A stretch of DNA of 64,000 nucleotides from Octopus vulgaris (taxonomy: Eukaryota): assembly GCA_951406725.2 (NCBI GenBank), contig OX597830.1, positions 18,538,001 through 18,602,000 on the forward strand. Direction: 5' to 3'. A program made the position numbers and the translations under genes. Numbering within the stretch: the first letter of the stretch is position 1; every line of letters begins with the position of its first letter. The notes under the pieces are model-generated. The model saw only the letters and a program-made list of their open reading frames with translations. It searched no databases and was not told where the DNA came from. Below, in pieces: positions 25,131-36,000 of this stretch.

Positions 25131-25375
25131 AGACAGCAAGCTGGCAGAATCCTTAGCATTTCAGACAAAACTGCTAACTGGCATTTCTTCTGACAATTTA
25201 CATTTTGAGTTCAAATCCTGCAAAGGTGTAATTTGCCTTTCATCTTTACAGAATGGATGCAAAGTAAAATATTTAGTCAAGTAAGAGTCAATGTAATCAA
25301 CTTACCATTGACCACATCTCACCTCCACCTTACAAAATTGCTGGCCTCGTGCCAAAATTTGAAACAATTATTACT
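24875..25375 (+). mobile_element. Tandem older family B-related SINEs
   Basis: Two head-to-tail copies with GAGTTCAAAT box and (ATT)n tails. Confidence 0.75.
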
Positions 25376-25377
25376 AA

Positions 25378-25800
25378 GGTGCAGGCATGGCTGTGTGGTA
25401 AGAAGCTTGTTTTCCAACCATTTGGTTCCAGGTTCAGTCCCACTGTGTGACGCCTCGGGCAAATGTCTTCTACTATCACCTCAGGCCTTGTGAATGGATT
25501 TGGGAGACAGAGACTGAAAGAAGCTTGTCGTATATATATGTATGTGTGTGTGTATATATATATATATGTCTGTGTGTGTGTATTTGTCTTTGTGTCTGTG
25601 TTTGTCCCCACTTCACTGCTTGACAACTTGTGTGTTTACATCACCATAACTTAACAGTTTGGCAATAGAGACCGATAGAATAATTACCAGGATTTAAAAA
25701 AAAAGTCTTGGGGTCAATTTGTTTGACTAAAACCCTTCAAGGCAAGTACCCCTGCATGGCCACAATCAAACGACCAAAACAAGTATAAGGAAAAAGAACA
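25378..25800 (+). mobile_element. Family A SINE
   Basis: Head GGTGCAGGCATGGCTGTGTGG, central microsatellite, diverged tail. Confidence 0.85.
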
Positions 25801-25830
25801 AAAGTATATATATATATATATATATATATA

Positions 25831-26005
25831 ATTGCAGTGTGGAAGGTGTTTATATGCCATTTAAGAAACACACAAAAACCGTTTGATTCACTTCAACATT
25901 TAAATTTAATTTGCCAAAATATTTTCATCGCTTTGAGACCACGACCTGTTCACTGACAAAATTCTGTGCTGCATCGGAATTTTGTCAGTGAACAGGTTTC
26001 GGTCT
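25831..26005 (-). mobile_element. Penelope-like terminal fragment with fold-back inverted repeat
   Basis: Abuts (TA)n; 21-bp perfect inverted repeat 25944-25964 / 25977-25997; hammerhead-shaped fold on the minus strand. Confidence 0.5.
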
Positions 26006-26246
26006 GTTTGTCTGTCCTTGTTTGTCCCCTCTGTGTGTAGCCCCTTGTGGGCAGTAAAGAAATAGGTATTTCACCTGTCACTACATTCTGATTTCAAATT
26101 CTGCTGAGGTTGACTTTGCCTTTCATCCTTGTGGGGTCAATAAATTGAGTACCAGTGGAACACTTGGGGTCTATGTACTCGACTCGTCCCCTTCACCAAA
26201 ATTTCAAGGCTTTGTGCCTTCAGTAGAAAAGATTATTACTTTCACA

Positions 26247-26372
26247 AGGTTCCGGGTTCAGTCCCACTGCGTGGCATCTTGGGCAAGTGTCTTCTGCTAT
26301 AGCCCCGGGCCGACCAATGCCTTGTGAGTGGATTTGGTAGACGGAAACTGAAAGAATCCTGTCGTATATATG

Positions 26373-26403
<31 letters not shown>

Positions 26404-26582
26404 CTGTGTTTGTCCCCCTAGCATTGCTTGACAACCGATGCTGGTGTGTTTATGTCCCCGTCACTTAGCGGTTCGGCAAAAGAGACAGATAGAATAAGTA
26501 CCGGGATCGATTTGCTCGACTAAAGGCCGTGCTCCAGCATGGCCGCAGCCAAATGACTGAAACAAGTAAAAGAGTAAAGAGT
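26247..26582 (+). mobile_element. Family A SINE, young 5'-truncated copy
   Basis: CpG-intact body with a short internal deletion; AAAAGAGTAAAGAGTA tail. Confidence 0.9.
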
Positions 26583-26593
26583 ATTATTATTAC

Positions 26594-26648
<55 letters not shown>

Positions 26649-28229
26649 TAGTAGTGGTAGTGGTGGTTATAATAGTAGCAGCAGCAGCAGCAGCAGCAGC
26701 AGAGTTATCATTATCATTGTTACACTCAATGAAGTCAGAAAATATAATCTTCATGGAATTCTGTTCTTTTTTTACTTCTAAACTGAAAGGTTTTCATTGT
26801 TATAATAAAGAGAGAGGCAGGAGAGAGGGAGTAAATGGAGAGAAAAGAGAGAGAAAGAGTGTGTGTTTAAGTGTGTTCAGGAGCAAATATTATTAGAGAG
26901 AAGGAGATAAAAAGAGGGTGTCCATTGGCGGGGTGGGTAACCATTTTGCTAGCTATTTTAAGCTCATTTTTAATCCCACTTTAGGTGTTACTTCTAAATT
27001 AAGAAATTCTTTTGCATGAGATCCCAAGCAAAAAAGAAAATATAGAGTGTGGAATAAAGATATTAACACTGAAAAAAGGAGTAGAATTACAGATAAAGGG
27101 GTTAATATACTCATATATATTAATTTATTCCACTCACCACCACCACCATCACTACCAAATATGACCAGCACAAGTCAAGTGGTTAACTTTATTGTACAGT
27201 CTGTTGGGTCAGATTTAAAAAGTGCAGTGAGTCACTGGTTTGGAAGAATGAATCCATTCAGCTTGAATTTCCTTAGATAAATGAATGAGGCCGGGAGGGG
27301 AGAGAAAAGTTCTATTATGTAAAGTTAGCAACTGTATGGTTATAATGTGTGTATACAGTCCACACACTCACACACAAACACACACACTACTTCCTTTTCA
27401 CCAACTATGTTTTATGATAGGGATTTTATGGTGTGGAAGTCTAATAACTGAACCAAGTAAAATAATATCCCGACACTGGCAGTTGTTAGGCTTTCCAACC
27501 AACCTTGACCATTTACTGACTTTAAAACTGGTCCTGACCATATAGGCTTGGATAGTCCTATGGGTTCCAATTTTTAAATAGCCAACTGCTCCTCCCAAAA
27601 ATGCTACAAGTTGTAGAAAGCATTGTTCCTATTCACCAGAGCTATAACAAATAGATCTAAGTGACGGACTATAGGCAGGCTTATATCTATACTAGCAAAT
27701 GCACCCATCTTTGGACGGCTTAAGTTGCTTTGGTGGTATTTTTTTTCACCAAATAATTGAACTACTGAGAAGGTTTATGAGTAGCACAGCAATGTAGGTT
27801 TCTGATTAACCTAGGAATGGACCAAATTAAAGGCTGGTTATTGTGGAGGTCATTGCACTTTAATGATCATAGAACATGTAAGTTTGCAAGTGATGCAAAG
27901 TAGAGCTACTGAAGTGTTTTGGGAGTAGATTATGGATAATGACTAAAAAATATAGTTGTTTTACATGAAAGTGAAAGTTCTTGTGATTGTTTAAAAAAAT
28001 CTAGAACGACAATGCTAAAATGTGTTTGAAACAATGGACACCAGTCGAAATATCATAACAGATGGATAAACATGCATCCTTAAAGTGAAACAATGTCACT
28101 GGTAGGTAAACAAAGGTATCAACAAATAGAAGAGAGGGAAGGGAACATCAGCTTTCAATTAACTCAGAATAGGTAAAGGTAAGCTTGCCAAAGTTTAATG
28201 CAGTTTAAATATGGCGATGAAGATTGTTT

Positions 28230-28965
28230 GGTATTGGATATTCATCGCATACCGTGTTCCTGGTCAATTTCATCACTGTTGCAGGTGGACAGTCAAAATA
28301 AATAGACATGAAATGTGCTTCCTTGCAGTTCTAAGGGTTTTAACTCTTTTTTCTAGCAATATAGGTGTTACCTAGCACCCTAAGTCATAGTTGTATATAT
28401 GTATGTATTTCATCACTTAGGTATTGTGAGACTAATAGCCTGGTGTAGAACTCAATATACATGTGTTTCAGAATGAAGTGTTAGCTCAATATAGAGCAGT
28501 ACAAAAAAGAGAGATGATAAAGGAATAAATGATTATCTTATGAGCTTCTTTAGCTTACAGCTGTTTCAGCTATAAGATGCAGTGGACTCATAGCTGAGTG
28601 ATGGAAACCTTGACTATGAAGTGCAATTTATTAGGGAAAGAATTACATTTGTGCCTAGATAGGGGATGGCATCAACAAAAGTCAGTACAGATGTATATAA
28701 AAGTGCCTATATCCAAAAAGTCATTAGGTGTATTTGAGGAAATATATGTATATATATATGTCGGCAGCTATATGCAATATAAAACCAAAAAGGCAAAATT
28801 CAATCATCACTAATAGGTAGCACCTATGCTGCTAAAATATAAGTTAAAACCCTTAGAACTGCAAGGAAGCAGTTTGATGTCTGCTTTCCAGGCTGGAATG
28901 GATTGGAGACTGTCAGAGTGGTGTAGATACTTCTGATGAGAATCCAATAAGGTTTGAAAATTGAT
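28230..28965. repeat. Long inverted duplication (Penelope-like inverted termini)
   Basis: 30-bp perfect inverted repeat 28316-28345 / 28842-28871, extended imperfectly inward and outward (TATTGGATATTCATC vs GATGAGAATCCAATA). Confidence 0.7.
28933..28959 (+). ncRNA. Degenerate hammerhead-like core
   Basis: CTGATGA-GAATC-CAATAA-GGTTT-GAAA; helices I and III not convincingly preserved. Confidence 0.4.
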
Positions 28966-29159
28966 TAAGATTGTTCATCATTTAATGGTGGTGCATCAGC
29001 ATGGCCACAGCTCTAAGCTGAAACTAGAGAGAAAAGAAAAATGTACACACACACACTCTGGGACACCCACAGATACAGAAAGACACACACGCAAACACAA
29101 CTCACAGATACACACAAAACGACACAAAAAGATAATGGGGAGAAGGTATGGTGTTACAA

Positions 29160-29285
29160 GTCCGACAGCTGTTTCTGGGAGCACAGAATTACTTCATAAT
29201 GTTGATAGATGTAGTTCACCAGAATATGTAACCAGTGATGGAAACAAATAATCACTGGATAGATCCGGCTTCCATCTTCAGAGTG
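29160..29285 (-). ncRNA. Hammerhead-like motif with enlarged stem II
   Basis: Minus strand CTGAAGA-TGGAAG...CTCCCA-GAAA-CAGCTG-TC; palindromic CAGCTG loop; internal hairpin CCAGTGAT/ATCACTGG. Confidence 0.5.
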
Positions 29286-29623
29286 GAGAGATAAAAATCT
29301 GACAATTCAGATCATGATGCAGGAAAATTTAAAAGCAGAATGGTTGAAGAGGAAGGTAAGGAATAGTGGAGGGAGGAAGCTGGTTGCTCAGTGGGAAGTG
29401 AAAGATTTCTGATGTGAAATCGTGTGCTGACACAAATACTGTTGTATTTTGGGATGGTCATTTTTTAATATTTGTTTTTTGCCAAATAAATACACTCGTT
29501 TCTTACTTCAGAGTTATCATTGTTCTTATTTTAGTGTCCAATGTTTGGAAAATTTTCTGTTTAGTCCATTCTGTCTTTCTAACAGAATGGACTAAACTGA
29601 ACAGGATACACATGGGATGGAGA

Positions 29624-29667
29624 GTCGCTGAAGATGTCACAGGATGTGTGACGAAAGATTTCCAAAC
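29624..29667 (+). ncRNA. Minimal hammerhead-like motif
   Basis: CTGAAGA-T-GTCACA-GGATG-TGTGAC-GAAA-GATT-TC; perfect 6-bp stem II; helix I decayed. Confidence 0.55.
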
Positions 29668-29695
29668 AAAGGACATTAAAATAAGAACAATAATA

Positions 29696-29902
29696 TTAGG
29701 TTGGTGCATATAATTATTGCGGGCTTTTTGCGATAAATTTTATTCAGCAAAAACGATAACATTTAACAAAAATATCTTTAAATGATTATTCCGGAGAATA
29801 TTCACTATCTACTTCAATTTTGCTTAAATTGGCATTTTGTTAAAATTTTTTGTTGAATAAAATTTATTGGAAAAAAGCCTCAATAATTATGCATCAACCT
29901 AG
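29696..29902. mobile_element. Mariner-type MITE
   Basis: TA-TTAGGTTGGTGCAT...ATGCATCAACCTAG-TA; TIR resembles Hsmar1/MADE1-type ends; long imperfect inverted arms. Confidence 0.85.
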
Positions 29903-29931
29903 TAAATCTGCTCAGGAAAAATGAAAGACGT

Positions 29932-29967
29932 CTTTGACATTTCAAGCCTATGCACTTCTACAGAAAG
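29932..29967 (-). ncRNA. Degenerate minimal hammerhead-like motif
   Basis: Minus strand CTTT-CTGTAGA-A-GTGC-ATAG-GCTT-GAAA-TG-TC-AAAG; same architecture as 3355-3389, with a core substitution. Confidence 0.45.
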
Positions 29968-30961
29968 GAATGAGGAGAGAACACAGATGGGGAGAGGGAA
30001 AAAATATGGAGGGAAAAAAAAAACATATCCGAATTAATGGATGCACATGCTGAAATGACCCGAAGGAAATATACACACACACACACATGTGAAGAAAATT
30101 TGTATTAATGCCACCTGACTGACTCCCGTGCTAGTGGCATGTAAAAAACACCTACTACACTCTTGGAGTGTTTGGCATTAGGAAGGGCATCCAGCTGTAG
30201 AAACCTTGCCAGATCAGATTGGAACAGCCACCCGGCTTGCCAGTCCTCAGTCAAACCATCCAATCCATTCCAGCATGGAAAGTGGACATCAAACGATGAT
30301 GATGATGATGATATTTTACTGGTTATAATGGCCCCAGGTATACATACAAAAAAAAAAAAATTAAAACAGGAAAATATACTTAGTAATTATATTCTTATAA
30401 TCTATACTCCCTTACATGCATTTCAGTTACAATTACAAATTGAAACACGTGTTGTATGATATGTTATAAAAGAGTATTTTCAAGCTATAGTCTTGTCTTA
30501 TTTGTGTGTGTGTGATCATAATCATCACTATGAAATTTCATCTATGCTGGCATGAGCTGAACGATTTGACAGGATCAAATGAGCTGGATGACTGTGTCAA
30601 GTTCCAGTGTCTGTTTTGATTTTGGTATGGTTTCTACAGGTGAATGCCCCGCCTAACACCAACTACTTTACAGAATATACTGGACACATACACACACACG
30701 CATCGTATGCAACTGATTTTTGTATATCTAAACAAGTGGGTCCTTAAAAGTTTCAATAAATATCTGAACATGTAAAAGTGCATGTGTGTATGTCTTTTGA
30801 GTGCAGGTGTATATAATTGCATGCGAATATGAGTGCAAATTTAAGAATCTATGCTAATGAGTATTTGATGTATTTCAACACCATATGCAAAACATGCCTA
30901 CAGTCAATCATCTAAATATACTTGGAAACAGCCAACTGTAAGTACAAATATCAAAATATAT

Positions 30962-31135
30962 AGGCGCAGGAGTGGCTGTGTGGTAAGTAGCTTGCTAACC
31001 AACCACATGGTTCCGGGTTCAGTCCCACAGCGTAGCATCTTGGGCAAGTGTCTTCTGCTATAGCCCCGGGCCTACCAATGCCTTGTGAGTGGATTTGGTA
31101 GACGGAAACTGAAAGAAGCCTGTCGTATATATGTG

Positions 31136-31179
<44 letters not shown>

Positions 31180-31393
31180 TTGTGTGTCTGTGTTTGTCTC
31201 CCTAGCATTGCTTGACAACCGATGCTGGGTGTTTACGTCCCCGTCATTTAGCAGTTCGGCAAAAGAGACCGATAGAATAAGTACTGGGCTTACAAAGAAT
31301 AAGTTCCGGGGTCGATTTGCTTGACTAAAGGCGGTGCTCCAGCATGGCTGCAGTCAAATGACTGAAACAGGTATAAAAGAAAGAAAGAAAAGA
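30962..31393 (+). mobile_element. Family A SINE, young full-length copy
   Basis: Complete head GGCGCAGGAGTGGCTGTGTGG through AAAG-rich tail. Confidence 0.92.
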
Positions 31394-31869
31394 ATATATA
31401 TATATATATATATATATATCACAAGCACACACAAACAACTACAAAGGAAACACAGAAAGAGCCCTCAACTCCCACCTCCCATTTAACAATTTGCAGTGGG
31501 AATGAGCAAATAAAGGTTTTATATTGTTTATTCTCTCACTACCAGCACTTCATATAGAAGGATCTTTCCCAAACACAATAGGCCACTGTGCCCTTACACT
31601 GGCCCTTTTTTTGATCTTTTTTTTAGGTATTCCCACCACCACCAGAGTTGAAAGGGAGAAGGGGAAGTGGAGACCCATCTATGACCAGTTTCTTTTCTTT
31701 TTTTTTTCTATTTCTTTGGTGATGGTGGTGATGGAGATAAGATGTTTGCTAATCCTCTTACACCTGACATGTTGATAAAACCAAAGTGGGGAGGGTGGGA
31801 AGGAGAAGGATTATCTCTGCTGTGTGAGGTGTGGAAAGGTGATAGGTTGGTACTTGGCAGGATGGAGGA

Positions 31870-31900
31870 ATGTGTGTATGTGTATATGTGTATCTGTGTA

Positions 31901-31937
<37 letters not shown>

Positions 31938-31996
31938 GTAGTAGTAGTAAGTTCCTGTCAGTGTGCTTTTTTGGAGGAGGCAATGATAGAATGACA

Positions 31997-32063
<67 letters not shown>

Positions 32064-32497
32064 CGCGTGTGTATGAGTGTGCATGTGAGAGTGTGTGTGC
32101 GCGCGTGCATGTGTATGAGTGTGTGTGTGTGTGTGTGTGTGTGTGTTAAAAAGTCTATGGATGAAAGAGAATTTGAATGAAGGTGTGTTAAGTGAAACAG
32201 TGGACTTGTATATGATAGTGTGTTTGTAAATGTGCAATATTGTAGGACAAGTGCGTTTGCTTGTGCATGTGTCTGTGTTTGAGCGAGAGTGAAAGTGTGT
32301 GTGAGAGAGAGAGAGAAAGCAAGAGAGAGTGTGTGTGTGTGTGTGTGTGCATGCTGTATGTTGGGGTGTGAAGAGTGTTTATCTGTGTGTGTATGCATGT
32401 GTGATAATATTGGTGTCTATGTATACTTGTTTGTATAACAAGTGTTTGCATGTGCACGAGGAACTGTGGCTGTGTTGTGTGACAAATACTGGTATGG

Positions 32498-32533
<36 letters not shown>

Positions 32534-32725
32534 GAGGGAGAGAGGCAGCATGCGTGCATGTGTATGTGTGACTGTGTATTTGTGGGATCATATGACATGT
32601 GTACTTGCTTGTGTATGATAACTTTTCATATGACAGCGTGTGTGTGTGTGTGTTTGATATGACAGAATGTGTGTGTTTGATATGACAGAATGTGTGTGTT
32701 TGATATGACAGAGTGTGTGTGTGAT
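31870..32725. repeat. GT/GA-rich compound microsatellite field ending in a 23-bp minisatellite
   Basis: Long (GT)n runs; unit TGATATGACAGAATGTGTGTGTT starting at 32655, 32678 and 32701 (last one partial). Confidence 0.9.
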
Positions 32726-34254
32726 AAAATGCGGTGGCAAGAAGATTATGTTTACTTAGGTATGTTAACCACTTCAATATATTGGCAATATCAAGCAAGG
32801 GTTAAGTTTGTTTTAGAGGGTGGGGCAAAGTTTGTTTGTTACCCACTCAAAACACCTCTCTAGCTTTTATTCTCACATTTTTTTTTTTTTGCTTGTTTGC
32901 ATTTTTCCCATTTGTGACATTCATTCACTCATTGAATAGTAAATTCAAGTGTGTGTGTGTGTGTGTGTTAGTATGAATGTGTCTATGTCAGATGTCTGGG
33001 TACTGTGTCATTTGAAACAATTATCTTGAAAGGAAGCTACTCCATCCATCACATAAAAATCAAACAAACTTTAAATGAGAGCAAGTAATTATTTCTTAGA
33101 CTGACATGCGTCCAGTGAAGGGCGCATGTCAAGAACACTCATCCTCCACAACAGAAGTGTTACTCAAGAAGACCCGTCCTCCAGTCCTCCACGGCATCCC
33201 TTACAAGGGTCCTGTGCCAGTGTCACATTAAAAACTCTTGTGCCAGTGGCATGTAATAGGCACTTGTGCTAGAACCTTGTAGAAGCACTTGTGCTGGTGG
33301 CATGTTAAAAGCACTCAATACACATGATAAAGGGGTTAGCATTAGGAAGAGCATCCAACCATAGAAACCCAACCAAATCAAAGTGGAACCTGGTGCAGCT
33401 TGCCAGCTCTAGTCAAACCATCAAACCCATGCCACCATGGAAAGTGATGATGATGATGACACGTGGCCAGAATTTATGAAAAAGAGATATAGCTCAGTGA
33501 ATCAATCTGATACTTATTTTACCGACAGTCCACATTACTCTGTAAGGAGCATAGGGTCAGTTTCCCAGTTTCTCTGGCGAATATATTCCTCCCTGGATGG
33601 AACGCTTGTCTATCACAGGATTACTCATTTTCACTAGCTGAATGGACTGGAGCAATGTGAAATGACATGCTTTGCTCAAGAACAACAACTCATATCCTGG
33701 TCCTGGAGTCGAAACCACAATCTTACAATTATGAGTCTGACACACTATCTACTAAGCCATGCACCTCCACTATTTTATTGATGTAGGAGCTGAATTTGAT
33801 CCCAAAATTCATAAGAGCAACATTAAATATTTCATAGTAAACACTACATGGCATTTAATAAATGTTTTTAGTGCTATCATCTTATACTTACAGGTATATA
33901 TTTTATTAATTCCAACACAATTTGAAGTCAGTGGACTGAAAGCTAACACCTTCAGACCACTGCTTCCCTTTTTTCCTGTCTTTGATGATAATTGATTTTA
34001 ACATAGGCACTGGGCCTGCAATTTGGAGGAACGGTTAGCTGATTAAATCACTCCTAATACTCAACGACTTGTACTCAGAGAGAATAAATATATCCTTGGC
34101 AGGATTTCAACTCAGAATGTGAAGAGCCAGAAGAAATACTGCAAGATGGTCAACCCTGCAGTCTTTTAATAATAATACTTTTTAATATTGGTAAAAGGCC
34201 AGTAATTTGAAAGGGAGGAGTCAGTACCATTCATCTCAGTGCTTGATTGGTACC

Positions 34255-34468
34255 TTAACCCTTTAGTATTTAAACTGGCCATATCCGGCCAAAATAGCTA
34301 ATCTGTTTTATGTTCAAACTGACCAGATCCAGGCTCTCACACCTACCCTACATTAAGTAATTACACCATCAACATCTTGAAGATATGAGATAATGCATGA
34401 TTAATTCAAATCAATGGGAATCAATAGGCATTATGTTTGATGGAATAATCTGAATGCTAAAGGGTTAA
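34255..34468. mobile_element. piggyBac-type MITE, family E, inserted in an old B-related SINE
   Basis: TTAA-CCCTTTAG...CTAAAGGG-TTAA; flanks rejoin as GGTACC..TCAACCCCCAAAAGGATGAAAG. Confidence 0.85.
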
Positions 34469-35048
34469 TCAACCCCCAAAAGGATGAAAGATGAAGTTGA
34501 CCTTGGAGGGAATTGTTCCCACAAAATTTATGACCTTGAAAAATAAAGGTACATTTGATAATGCAACCCTAAATACAGATGCCTGAAAAGAAAATGGTAG
34601 AACAGTTGTACTACAGTCAGAAAATACTGTTACTAACAGCATTGTTGTGTTACCAATGGCATTTTTCTTAAAATTCAAATTCTGCCACAACTCTTGGTAA
34701 TAGCATCTATTAATTCCTTCTGGGTTATCATCTAATTGAAAATTAGGTTCCACAGACAGGAAATGTTTTATGTTTTGACTGGCATGTTGTTTTTTAATTT
34801 TTTTTTGTTTTTGTTTTATGCCAGAATGTGAAGAAGATATTACAAGCAAGAGGTGTCAGCTGTCTCAATCAATTTACTGTAGTACAATAACAAATAAGAG
34901 TCCAGGTGTCAACCTGCGCTGGAATTCTACTGTCGGTTGAGTTAGTTGATTACAGCTAACACACATTCACATTTATTTTATTAATGAATGAAGACATTGT
35001 CCCCATGCCACAATACTACACACAATGTGTGTGTGTGTGTGTGTATAC

Positions 35049-35083
<35 letters not shown>

Positions 35084-35656
35084 CACATGCATACACACAC
35101 ATTCCTATATGCATGCATAACTTACATAACATGCATTTCTCAGCAGTTTTATTCTATGAAATAATAAAAAAAGCCGAAAAGGATAAAATGAACAAATAGA
35201 TAAAAAGAGGACAAATAAATATATAAATCAAGATAACTTATTTTCTTTTCATTTTTTTCCGGGGGTGTGTGGCTGGAGGGCAGGGTTAAGATAATGGAAA
35301 TAACATCATTACTAATCTCCAGAATTTATTTTATTGCAGCAAATATTACTAGCATTTTGCTCAGTAGGGACATGGGACACAGTAAAATGTAGGGGTGGGG
35401 GTCCAGGGTGGAAATTAAATAGGGTGTAAAAGGAATGGGCGGAGGGTAGATCAAAGATATTTCTAGAGTTTAGTGCACATTTTTTGCTGTGTAGTTGAAA
35501 CAAAGAATAACAACTACCAATGAGGGAAAGTAAACTAGACACTAGTGGCTACACTACTACCCACCATTGTAACAATCCTCCACCCATCACCTTGAAGATG
35601 GGTCAATGAGGGAGCCTCAATATGGTTGTTTGACCTATTCGAAATAGCAACCATTT

Positions 35657-36000
35657 CATCATCATCATCATCATCGTTTAACGTCCGTTCTCCATGCTAG
35701 CATGGGTTGGACAGTTGAACCGGGATCTGGGAAGCCAGAAGGCTGCACCAGGCTCCAGTCTGATCTGGCAGTGTTTCTACAGCTGGATGCCCTTCTTAAC
35801 GCCAACCACTCCGTAAGTGTAGTGGGTGCTTTTTACATACCACCGGCACAGGTGCCAGGTAAGGCTGGCAACGGCCATGATTGGATTGGTGCTTTTTACA
35901 TGCCACCGGCACGGAAGCTAGTCAAGGCGGCGCTGGCATCAGCCATGTTCGGATGGTACTTTTTACGTGCCACCGGCACAGGGATCACAACTACAATTTC
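35657..36000 (-). mobile_element. Family C short retroposon with (GAT)n tail, longest copy
   Basis: Minus strand has repeated TGCCGGTGGCAYGTAAAAAG units, AGAAGGGCATCCAGCTGTAGAAAC and GGACGTTAAACGATGATG. Other copies near 5412, 9630, 11510, 30115, 33210, 48055, 49757, 51920, 55460, 56490 and 59130. Confidence 0.85.

Noticed and set aside
27690-27725. Possible old Helitron end (ACTAGCAAATGCACCC...)
   Set aside because: Hairpin is weak and the other terminus could not be found.
32655-32723. CRISPR-like repeat array (also 40597-40696)
   Set aside because: Eukaryotic context, no cas genes, no regular unique spacers.
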